64,000 nucleotides of DNA from assembly GCA_963841995.1 (NCBI GenBank), contig CAWJEX010000021.1:138545-202544 (forward strand), given 5' to 3'. This stretch comes from an uncultured Alphaproteobacteria bacterium. Lineage in GTDB: Bacteria > Pseudomonadota > Alphaproteobacteria > DATDPM01. Position numbers and translations under genes: made by a program. Under the pieces are notes generated by a model. That model saw only the letters and a list, made by a program, of their open reading frames with translations. It was not told the DNA's origin and made no database searches. This document shows, one piece after another, positions 31,710 to 40,058 of the stretch (positions within the stretch are counted from its first letter, which is position 1; each line of letters starts with the position of its first letter).

Positions 31710-32918
31710 CTAAGGTGCCGTTAACGCCTGGGATAAATCCTCCCTTAAATCCTCGGGATCTTCGAGCCCGACCGAAAGGCGTATCATGCCTTCGCCAATA
31801 CCCATCCGTGCCCGCTCCTCCAGGGGGATGCGCTGATGCGTGGTCGTGGCGGGGTGTGTCGCCAGACTCTTCGCGTCTCCCAGGTTGTTAGAAATATCGA
31901 TGAGTTGCAGGGCATTGAGCACCCGAAATGCGGCCGCCTTCCCGCCCGAAACCTCGAACGAAACCATCGAGCCCCCGCCTTTCATCTGCTTTGTGGCAAG
32001 CGTGTGCTGCGGGTGGGTCTTAAGTTCCGGGTAAATTACGCGCGACACGCCTTTTTGTGACGACAGGAAATCCGCGATCGCCCGGGCATTGTCGCAATGG
32101 CGCAACACCCGCATCTCAAGGGTCTCGAGACCTTTCAAAAGCACCCAGGCATTGAACGGGCTCATTGTCGGGCCGGTGTTGCGGAAAAAGGGGGTCAGCT
32201 CGTCATTGCAGTAGGCGGTGGGACCCAAGATGGCGCCGCCCATGCAGCGTCCTTGCCCGTCAATGTGCTTGGTCGCCGAATAGACAACGATGTCGGCACC
32301 AAATTCGATCGGCCTTTGCAAAACGGGTGTCGCAAACACATTGTCCACGACAACGCGCGCGCCGGCCTCATGCGCGAGATCGCTGACCGCGCGAAGGTCG
32401 ATGATCTCGAGTGCCGGGTTGCTCGGCGTTTCCAGAAATACCGCTCGCGTCTTTTTTGTCAGGGCCCGTTTCCATTGATCGAGATCGCCGCCGTCGACGG
32501 TCGTCGTGGCGATGCCGTATCGCGGCAGCAATTCCGTGATGATGAATTGGCACGATCCGAACAAAGCGCGCGACGCCACGACGTGATCGCCGGCGCGCAA
32601 TTGGCACATGAGGGCGGCGAACACGGCGGACATGCCGGTCGCGGTCGCCCGGCACGCTTCCGCGCCTTCGATCAAACGCAGACGTTCCTCGAACATGGCA
32701 ACCGTCGGATTGCCGAAGCGCGAATACATGAAGCGCTTGAGATCGCCTTTGAACGACGCTTCGGCGTCTTCCGCCGAGGTGTAAACGTAACCCGAGGTGA
32801 GATAGAGAGCCTCGGAAGTTTCCCCGAATTCGCTGCGCTTCAAACCGCCGCGAACGGCCTGGGTTTGCGGCCGCCAGGATGCGCCGCTTTTCTTGCCGCC
32901 CGAGTTGCTTTTCGCCAT
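31710..32918 (-). CDS. metZ: O-succinylhomoserine sulfhydrylase
   Basis: Cys/Met-metabolism PLP enzyme with the MetZ-type N-terminus ([11 protein letters not shown]). Confidence 0.85.
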   Translation of the reverse strand: MAKSNSGGKKSGASWRPQTQAVRGGLKRSEFGETSEALYLTSGYVYTSAEDAEASFKGDLKRFMYSRFGNPTVAMFEERLRLIEGAEACRATATGMSAVFAALMCQLRAGDHVVASRALFGSCQFIITELLPRYGIATTTVDGGDLDQWKRALTKKTRAVFLETPSNPALEIIDLRAVSDLAHEAGARVVVDNVFATPVLQRPIEFGADIVVYSATKHIDGQGRCMGGAILGPTAYCNDELTPFFRNTGPTMSPFNAWVLLKGLETLEMRVLRHCDNARAIADFLSSQKGVSRVIYPELKTHPQHTLATKQMKGGGSMVSFEVSGGKAAAFRVLNALQLIDISNNLGDAKSLATHPATTTHQRIPLEERARMGIGEGMIRLSVGLEDPEDLREDLSQALTAP

Positions 32919-32962
32919 GCGAGCCTCCTTCCCGCTGCCGGGGCAGGTTGGGCCCAGGCAAC

Positions 32963-32989
32963 AAAAAACCCCGACCGGACGGATCGGGG
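32963..32989 (-). terminator. intrinsic terminator / attenuator hairpin
   Basis: On the minus strand: GAGCCCCGATCCGTCCGGTCGGGG followed by TTTTTTGTT. It is downstream of the radical-SAM gene and inside the metZ leader. Confidence 0.6.
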
Positions 32990-32994
32990 CTCAA

Positions 32995-33055
32995 AGCCTC
33001 CGACCTTTTAGCGTTTATTTTTACGTGGCCGCAAGCCGGTCGGCTCAAATCACCA
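32995..33055 (-). ncRNA. SAM-II (metA-element) riboswitch in the metZ 5' leader
   Basis: Minus-strand leader reads GTGATTTGAGCCGACCGGCTTGCGGCCACGTAAAAATAAACGCTAAAAGGTCGG. It contains the GGCUUGC and AAAGCUAAAAGG-like blocks characteristic of alphaproteobacterial SAM-II elements upstream of metZ/metX. Confidence 0.55.
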
Positions 33056-33120
33056 CGGATCAAACTGATTAGGCGCTTGGGCTCCAGCTGTCAAGCGGCT
33101 TGGGTCCGTGCAATGGGGCG

Positions 33121-34134
33121 TTATCCCCGGCTGCATGCCCCGCCGCCGAGCACGCAAAACCGCGCGCAATGGGGATGATTGAGCGAAACGTCGCGGCCCG
33201 CCTGGACCAAATTGTTGCTCATTTCAAATTGCTCGTCATGGGCAATGAGCGTGCACGCGACCACGGCGGGCCGCTCTGCGTTACGGCGCTTTACCACCAT
33301 CCGCGAACTCGCACACATCATGGTCTCCGGTTTGACGCCTAGGATACCCCAACAGTGCTCGGTGATTTCCGGCACATCGGCGGCGGCATTCATTTCCGGA
33401 AACAACATCAACGTGATCGGATCGGCGGCATCAATGGCGATTTCGTTCTGCGCGAACAATCGCGCGTAACCTTGACGCAAACTTTTCCCTGGTTCGTTCC
33501 AATAGGTGCGGCCGGCGACATGAATCGTAAAATCGTTTTGCGAAAGCCAACGCAAGCCTTCGAGCGTCGGCGCAAAGCTTCGTGGGCCGCGTTCGATTTC
33601 GTGGGAGGCTTGCGCATAATGATCGAGCGACACACGGATGACTAGGCGTGGCCCGTATTTGTCGCGAAGGTCGAGGAGCGAGGAGCGCAGATGCATCATC
33701 GGCTTCATCGCGTTGGTAAGGACCAGCGTTTGAAACCCGCGCGACAGCGAGTCGTCGAGCATGTCGACAATTTCCGGATTCATGAACGGCTCGCCGCCGG
33801 TAAATCCGATTTCGCGCGTTCCCAGGTTTTTGCTGGCGATTTCGTCGAGGAACAGACGGACCTCCGCCGCCGTCAAATAGACGAGCCGGTCATTCGTCGG
33901 ACTCGATTCGATGTAGCAATTGCGGCAGGTGAGATTGCATAGCGTCCCGGTGTTGAACCATAGGGTTCGCAGGGCCTCGAAACCGACCTTGGCGCGCTTT
34001 TCGCCCTTGGCGGTAATCTCGGGATCGCGGAACTTGCGCGGATCGAGTAAGGGCGACGCCGCCCCGGGTCGGATGGAAGAATCGACTTCGTTCATTGCGG
34101 GCCCATTTAGCCCTCGAGTCGGACGCCCCGCCAA
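33121..34134 (-). CDS. radical SAM / Cys-rich domain protein (ArsS-like family)
   Basis: CNLTCRNCY radical-SAM cluster near the N-terminus and a C-terminal Cys cluster HPHCARFCVLGGGACS. Confidence 0.55.
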   Translation of the reverse strand: MAGRPTRGLNGPAMNEVDSSIRPGAASPLLDPRKFRDPEITAKGEKRAKVGFEALRTLWFNTGTLCNLTCRNCYIESSPTNDRLVYLTAAEVRLFLDEIASKNLGTREIGFTGGEPFMNPEIVDMLDDSLSRGFQTLVLTNAMKPMMHLRSSLLDLRDKYGPRLVIRVSLDHYAQASHEIERGPRSFAPTLEGLRWLSQNDFTIHVAGRTYWNEPGKSLRQGYARLFAQNEIAIDAADPITLMLFPEMNAAADVPEITEHCWGILGVKPETMMCASSRMVVKRRNAERPAVVACTLIAHDEQFEMSNNLVQAGRDVSLNHPHCARFCVLGGGACSRG

Positions 34135-34237
34135 TCACTTTTCAGCGGGATTCCGGGCGGTTAGCGGCGGGCCGGCGTGCCTTGCCGCCTCTCCCACCCT
34201 CGGGTATAGAATCGTGCGGCGCCGCGGGCCCCGATCC

Positions 34238-34311
34238 GCGGGTGTAGCTCAATGGTAGAGCAGAAGCTTCCCAAGCTTAAGACGGGGGTTCGATTCCCCT
34301 CACCCGCTCCA
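34238..34311 (+). tRNA. tRNA-Gly (anticodon CCC)
   Basis: Acceptor GCGGGTG/CACCCGC, anticodon loop TTCCCAA, T-loop TTCGATT, encoded CCA. There is one G-A mismatch at the top of the anticodon stem. Confidence 0.85.
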
Positions 34312-34355
34312 CGGACCTGGGACGTGATGGAAGTCGCCTAAGATCCCGGAAGGCC

Positions 34356-35033
34356 ATGCGCATCCTCGTCATCGAAGACGATCCGCAGACCGCTCTCTAC
34401 CTTCGCCAGGGGCTGGAGGAGGGCGGCTATATCGTCGATTGGACCGCCGACGGCCGTGACGGGCTGTTCATGGCCGCCAGCGAACGCTACGACCTGATCG
34501 TTGCCGACCGCATGTTGCCGGGTACCGACGGACTGTCGATCATCAAGATGTTGCGCTCGCAAGGCATCCGGACGCCCATTCTGGTTTTGAGCGCGCTCGG
34601 TCAGGTCGACGACCGCGTGCGCGAACTCGAGGCGGGTGCCGACGATTATCTGGTGAAGCCCTATGCTTTTTCGGAACTCATCGCCCGGGTCGAGGCCTTG
34701 CTTCGCCGCGGCAGCGCCAGCGCGCCCGATACGGTGCTTCGGGTCGGCGACCTCGAAATGAATCTGCTCGCGCGCACGGTCACCCGCGGCGGGCGCGCGA
34801 TCGAGCTCAAGCCCCGTGAATTCCGCCTTCTCGAATATTTGATGCGTCATGCCGATCAAGTGGTGACGCGCACCATGTTGCTCGAAGCGGTGTGGGATTA
34901 TCATTTCGATCCACAGACCAACGTGATTGACGTTCACATCAGCCGGTTGCGGCAGAAGATCGACAAGGGATTCGGCAACGCCCTGCTGCACACGGTGCGG
35001 GGTGCCGGATATTCGCTTCGTGCCGCTTCCTAA
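34356..35033 (+). CDS. OmpR-family response regulator
   Basis: Receiver domain (MRILVIEDD...D...) followed by a winged-helix output domain. Confidence 0.85.
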   Translation: MRILVIEDDPQTALYLRQGLEEGGYIVDWTADGRDGLFMAASERYDLIVADRMLPGTDGLSIIKMLRSQGIRTPILVLSALGQVDDRVRELEAGADDYLVKPYAFSELIARVEALLRRGSASAPDTVLRVGDLEMNLLARTVTRGGRAIELKPREFRLLEYLMRHADQVVTRTMLLEAVWDYHFDPQTNVIDVHISRLRQKIDKGFGNALLHTVRGAGYSLRAAS

Positions 35034-36483
35034 AATCTTTCAGACCTCGACATTCCGTTTTTCGCTGGTGAACCTCTTGGTGTTCGGGGTGTCGATGATC
35101 ATCCCCTTCGCCTTCGTTTATTCGAGCACGGTCGGCTCCATAGACACCGAAACCAACGCGGCGATCAGCGCCGAGATTCGGGCGCTGTCCGAAGACTACG
35201 AACGCCTGGGACATCAGGGGCTGATCGACGAAATCACCGAGCGCGGGAACGACCCGACCGATAAAGATGCGATCTATCTGCTAGCGGATGCTTCTCTTAA
35301 ACCGCTGGCTGGGAATCTTTCCATTTGGCCAAGCGAAACCGCCAAGAACGGCCAATGGGTGCAGTTCAGCATCGACAAAGTTGGCGACGAAGACGAGAGC
35401 GCGCCGGATACCGTCCGGGCCCAAATTTTCAGGCTCCCCGGCAATGAGCTGCTGCTCATCGGGCGGGATATCCACGAGCGCCGGTTGGTGCAGCGTCGGA
35501 TCACGGTGGCGCTGGGATGGGCCTTGGCCATCACCCTCGGCTTGGGACTGACCGGCGGCGTGCTGATGAGCCGCTACATGCTTCGCCGCGTCGACGTGAT
35601 CACCCAAACCAGCCGTATGATCGTCGACGGCGCTCTTTCCCGGCGCGTGCCGGTGCGAGGCACCGGCGACGAATTCGATCGCCTGGCGGAGAATTTGAAT
35701 CAGATGCTCGATCAGATCGAGCACCTGATGATGAGTATGCGAACGGTCACCGATAGCATTGCCCACGATCTTCGCAGTCCGCTCACGCATCTGAAGGGGC
35801 GGATCGAATTGGCATTGCGCGGCGCTCCCGACACCCGGTCTTATCGCCAGGCGCTGGAAAGCGCGGTTGCCGAAACCGACCGCATCCTGTCGGTTTTTAA
35901 CTCATTGATCGAAATGGCAAGAGCGGAATCTGGGGTGGGCCGAACCGAACTTGCTTCGCTCGATCTCGGCGCGGTGGCGGCTGACGTCGTCGATCTCTAC
36001 GAACCGGTTGCCGAAGAGCGCGGCCTGACCATGGTGGCAGCGATCGACAGCGGCGCTGTCCTTCTGGGGAACCGGCAATTGCTGGCTCAAGCCATCGCCA
36101 ATCTCGTCGATAACGCCATCAAATACACGCCGTCGGGCGGAACGATCAGTCTATCGATCGAATCCGAGCCGAGCTTCGTACGGCTCACGGTCAGCGACAA
36201 TGGTCCGGGCATTGCGCCTGCCGACCGCGGACGGGTGTTGGAACGGTTCGTTCGAATCGGTCACGACCCGGCGGTTTCGGGAAGCGGGTTGGGGTTGAGT
36301 TTGGTTGCCGCGGTTGCGCGGTTGCATCGCGCTACGCTAGAGCTTGGCGACAATGGTCCGGGACTTCGCGTGACGTTGATATTTCCGACCGCGCCATCCG
36401 CATTCAAACCGTCCGAGCTGCCGCGCCCAGAACCCGAAATTGAGCGGAGGCCGGCGGTGAAACCCGCAATCGCCAATACCTAA
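35002..36483 (+). CDS. sensor histidine kinase (two TM, HAMP, HisKA, HATPase), partner of the upstream regulator
   Basis: H-box IAHDLRSPLT and N/G boxes. The start is assigned to GTG 35002 (or 35020), overlapping the regulator's stop at 35031-35033. Confidence 0.7.
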   Translation: MPDIRFVPLPKIFQTSTFRFSLVNLLVFGVSMIIPFAFVYSSTVGSIDTETNAAISAEIRALSEDYERLGHQGLIDEITERGNDPTDKDAIYLLADASLKPLAGNLSIWPSETAKNGQWVQFSIDKVGDEDESAPDTVRAQIFRLPGNELLLIGRDIHERRLVQRRITVALGWALAITLGLGLTGGVLMSRYMLRRVDVITQTSRMIVDGALSRRVPVRGTGDEFDRLAENLNQMLDQIEHLMMSMRTVTDSIAHDLRSPLTHLKGRIELALRGAPDTRSYRQALESAVAETDRILSVFNSLIEMARAESGVGRTELASLDLGAVAADVVDLYEPVAEERGLTMVAAIDSGAVLLGNRQLLAQAIANLVDNAIKYTPSGGTISLSIESEPSFVRLTVSDNGPGIAPADRGRVLERFVRIGHDPAVSGSGLGLSLVAAVARLHRATLELGDNGPGLRVTLIFPTAPSAFKPSELPRPEPEIERRPAVKPAIANT

Positions 36484-36492
36484 GGAATCGCC

Positions 36493-37122
36493 ATGGAACG
36501 CCATTACAACCGCATCGCCGGTTAAAGCCTGGAGCGCCTGGCGGCCCTGAGCGACAGACTGTTTGCGATTGCCATGACCCTGCTGGTGCTCGATCTGCGC
36601 GCCCCCGCGAGCGGGGCGATCCACAGCGAGCAGGATTTATGGCGCGCTCTCGTCGCACTCTCCCCGCGGCTCGTTATTTATCTGATGAGTTTTTTGACGC
36701 TGGGCATTTTTTGGATCGGACAGCAGACGCAACTGAATCACTTCGCGCGTGCTGATCGCAATCTCGCCTGAATTCACATCGCATTCTTGGCGGCGGTTTC
36801 GACGACGCCATTTTCAACGGCGCTCTTGGGCGAATTCATCACTTACCGTCCGGCGGTCTTCGTCTATTGGAGCAATATGTTCCTGCTTGGGGTCGTTGTC
36901 TATTGGAGTTGGTTTTACGCGAATAGAGCGGGCCTGGTGAAGAGCGACACGGCGGCGGAGGTTTCGGTCGCCATCAAACAACGTATCGTCATTGCGCAGT
37001 CTCTATACGCGCTGAGCGCATTGCTCTGCGTCATCAACACCTATTGGAGCATCGGCGCCATCTTTCTCTTGCAGCTGCACTATGCGATAGGGCTCCGGAT
37101 TCGCTGGCGGTCTGAACGATAA
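36493..37122 (+). pseudogene. TMEM175/DUF1211-family K+ channel-like gene in a single frame, interrupted by in-frame TAA (36523) and TGA (36769)
   Basis: MERHYNRIAG*SLERLAALSDRLFAIAMTLLVLDL...NHFARADRNLA*IHIAFLAAVSTTPFSTALL matches the DUF1211 pattern (RLEAFSDGVFAIA...TLLVLE..., then NHF...DR.L.W.N... and a PFST motif). The TGA sits where a conserved Trp is expected. Confidence 0.5.
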
Positions 37123-37142
37123 AGAATCCCCATAACGAAAAC

Positions 37143-37162
37143 GGCCGGCCCAAAGGCCGGCC
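37143..37162. terminator. perfect palindrome GGCCGGCC-CAAA-GGCCGGCC between two convergent genes
   Basis: An 8-bp perfect stem followed on the minus strand by a GTTTTCGTT T-run. It lies between the DUF1211 stop at 37122 and the minus-strand small gene's stop at 37192. Confidence 0.55.
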
Positions 37163-37191
37163 GAATGCCGCGACACGATGGGGTTCGGGGG

Positions 37192-37473
37192 TTACTTCCG
37201 CACCGGCTTAACGTGGAGGGCCTTAAGCCCCGACCGGTAGCTCTTGACGCCGTCCGCGTATTTGTTGGCAGCGCAGGCCGCATCGCCGTCGGCCTTGTCC
37301 TTTTTAGCGGCATCAAGCTTGGCCGCCTTGGCATGGGTCGAAATGGCGTCGTCGAGCTGCTTGGCATAGGACGCACAGGTATCGGCTGTGGCCTTCGCCT
37401 TGCTGGCCGCGAAAGCGGGCGAGGCGAGGGTGATCGCGGCAAGAGCGGCAATCACCGCAAGGGACTTCTTCAT
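37192..37473 (-). CDS. small secreted protein of unknown function (93 aa, Ala/Lys-rich, 3 Cys)
   Basis: Signal peptide MKKSLAVIAALAAITLASPAFA from the internal Met. The longer ORF start is unlikely. Confidence 0.45.
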   Translation of the reverse strand: MKKSLAVIAALAAITLASPAFAASKAKATADTCASYAKQLDDAISTHAKAAKLDAAKKDKADGDAACAANKYADGVKSYRSGLKALHVKPVRK

Positions 37474-37924
37474 CGGTAATCCTCCGGAAGCAAAATTTAA
37501 GGGGTCAAAAAATCCCCTCCCGAGTCGCGCAGGCGAGTCGAGCGACGGGTTATGGCGTCTGGCGCATTGCCGAGCCATGGCGGAAAGGTGAATTCTTTGT
37601 CATTGATGGCGCCGGGTGGCAGCCATCGAAAAATCTGAGCCATTTCAATATCTTCTGAGGCCATAGCCGCCCCGTGTTACGGTTCGGTCGCCGTGGTCAA
37701 GCCCGCCGCACGGGCGAGCTGCAGCCGGGACCCTGGGTCCCGGAGTCGCCCGGAATTCCGTTCCGGTCAATCTATCGGAAACAATCCTCGCGTAGACTGA
37801 GACCTCGTATCACAGCTGCAGGCGGTAACCCGCGGCAACTGATCTGAATTCATAAATACCCGTTAAGGTTGTCCATCGCGCGCTATACTCGATTGGCCGG
37901 CGGGGGTGTGGGGGCAAATCGGCA

Positions 37925-39891
37925 ATGAACGACGTTCAAAGAAGGGCAGCGGATTTCGCCGTTCCGGCGCGCCGGGTTCTCGTCATCGATGAGGACGGCG
38001 CCTTTGCGCGGGATATCGCCGCCGTCCTAGCCGCCGCAAACTATCGGGTCGCCACCGCAACATCCATGGAAGCGGCACAGCGCGTCGTCGAAGAGCTCTT
38101 CGCCGAACTCGCGGCTACCAAGAATTCCGCGGAGTCCGTCCGCGACCTCGCCGTGATCGTCAAAAATGCCAATTCCTCGGTCGTGTGTCTCGAGGCGACC
38201 GCCCATCCTTCTATCGAGGCATTAGTGTCGGCGATGGGCGTGGCTACGGGCGAGCCGGGCCCCCTTAACGCCGTCCTAACGGCGCTTGACGCGTCGTTCG
38301 GCGCGGCGCGCCTGGCGGAAGAGCACGCGAATTTGGGGGCGGCTCACCGCGACAATGAAATGCTACTCTGCGCAATTCTCGACAATGCGACCGCGGTCAT
38401 ATACGCCAAGGATCGCGACGGCCGTTATCTGTTCGTGAATAAAAAATTCGAGGAGATATTCGGTTTCACCTCCCAAGTGCTCAAAGGCAAGCGCGACCAC
38501 GACATTTTCCCGGCCGAGAGCGCCGATGTGTTCCGGCGACATGATCTCAATGTCATGCACACCGGTCAGCCGCTCGAAACAGAGGAAACCGCGCCGCATG
38601 CCGATGGACTTCATTATTATCTTTCGGTGAAGTTTCCGCTTTACGATGCCAAGGGGGCCATCCGGGGGGTGTGCGGAATTTCCACGGATATCACCGACCG
38701 CAAACTGGCGGCAGAACATTTACGTCAGGCCCAGCGGATGGAGGCGGTCGGGCACTTAACCGGCGGCATCGCCCACGATTTCAACAATCTCAACGCCGTG
38801 ATTCTCGGCAATCTCGAACTGATTCAGGAGAAACTCGGCGACGACAAAGTGATCAGCGCCATGGCGGAACGCGCGATCGCTGCGGCCCAGCGCAGCGCCC
38901 TTCTGACCGAGCGGCTGCTCGCTTTCTCTCGCCAGCAAGTCCTTCAGCCGCAAGTGATCGACGTCAACGCCCTGGTCTACAAGGCCACGGATTTTCTGCG
39001 GCGGAGCCTCGGCGAAACCGTCGCCATTCGCACGGTTCTTGCCGGCGATGCGTGGCCGGCATTCGTCGACCCGGCTCAACTCGAAAACGCGATCATCAAT
39101 CTTGCGATCAATTCCCGCGATGCCATGGCTGATGGCGGGGTTCTGACCATCGAAACCCACAACCGGCTCTTTGACGATTACGAGGCGATGCGGGCGGGCG
39201 TTCGCCCGGGAAGCTATCTGCAGCTTTCGGTGCGCGATACCGGTTGCGGAATCCTGCCGGAAATTCAAGATCGCATCTTCGAGCCGTATTTCACGACAAA
39301 GCCGACGGGCAAGGGTTCGGGGCTGGGCCTCAGCATCATCCACGGTTTCATCAGCCAATCCGAAGGCAAGGTCGAACTCGAGAGTGAACCCGGGCATGGC
39401 ACGACGGTGAGAACTCATTCTGCCGCGGGCTCATGAACGCGGCATGCTTGCTGGAACGGTTATTCAGCGTCCCAGCGATATGCATGTCGCCCGCGGCGAA
39501 ACGATTCTGGTGGTGGAAGACGAGCCGGAAGTGCGCCGCATTGCGATCGCGTTCCTTGAAGATCTGGGATATCGAGTTCTTCAAGCCCCGGATGCAGCCG
39601 CCGCGATGGCCTTGGTGCGTGTCTCGCCGCCCATCGATCTGATATTGACGGATGTGGTATTGCCGGGCGGCACGAGCGGGCGCGATCTCGCTGCGACTGT
39701 TCGCGAGCATCACCCAGGAACCTGCGTCGTACTCATGTCCGGCTATGCGCGCGAAGGCGCGCACAACGCGGAACTCGGGGAAGCGGGCGCCAAATTTCTC
39801 GACAAACCATTCACCAAGGCGAAGCATCGCCGATGCCGTGCGGGAGGCCCTGGCTTACAATGCCGCGCATTTGGGCCACAAAACGGTCTAG
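37925..39891 (+). CDS. hybrid sensor histidine kinase/response regulator (N-terminal REC-like, PAS, HisKA, HATPase, C-terminal REC), with apparent frameshifts at about 39411 and about 39825
   Basis: H-box GGIAHDFNNLNAV. The HK frame ends GHGTTVRTHSAAGS*, while the next frame reads LILPRAHERG...ETILVVEDEPEV, resembling the usual ...R[LI]YLP...ILVVEDE linker. The receiver C-terminus continues in a third frame (SIADAVREALAYNAAHLGHKTV). Confidence 0.65.
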
Positions 39892-39905
39892 CCGCCGGAC
39901 CGGAT

Positions 39906-40058
39906 TTACTCAGGCGGCGGATCGTCGTCGAAAAGAATTCGCCGCGCCGCACCCTCCAAGTCCTCGAACTGGCCGCTCTTGAGCGCCCAGAGGAATGCTG
40001 CGAGCCCGAGAACTCCCAAAAACAGCGCGATTGGAATCAGATAAAGAATGATGTCCAT
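39906..40058 (-). CDS. ccoS: cbb3 oxidase maturation protein CcoS/FixS
   Basis: My own translation gives MDIILYLIPIALFLGVLGLAAFLWALKSGQFEDLEGAARRILFDDDPPPE (50 aa). Its ATG overlaps the ccoI stop as ATGA. The supplied ORF track does not list this gene. Confidence 0.8.
   Translation of the reverse strand: MDIILYLIPIALFLGVLGLAAFLWALKSGQFEDLEGAARRILFDDDPPPE

Noticed and set aside
15318-34311. Integrated mobile element at tRNA-Arg or tRNA-Gly
   Set aside because: There is no integrase, phage or transposase gene, and no duplicated tRNA 3' segment near either tRNA. Flanking genes are ordinary chromosomal genes.
10581-36771. Alternative genetic code (stop-codon reassignment) as the explanation for in-frame TAG/TAA/TGA
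   Set aside because: Dozens of conserved genes in the window terminate normally on all three stop codons at the expected positions. Pseudogenes or errors are far more parsimonious.
39743-39952. 69-aa minus-strand ORF offered by the track near the end of the kinase gene
   Set aside because: The real small gene here is ccoS in another frame (39906..40058). This ORF is Arg/Pro-rich noise.
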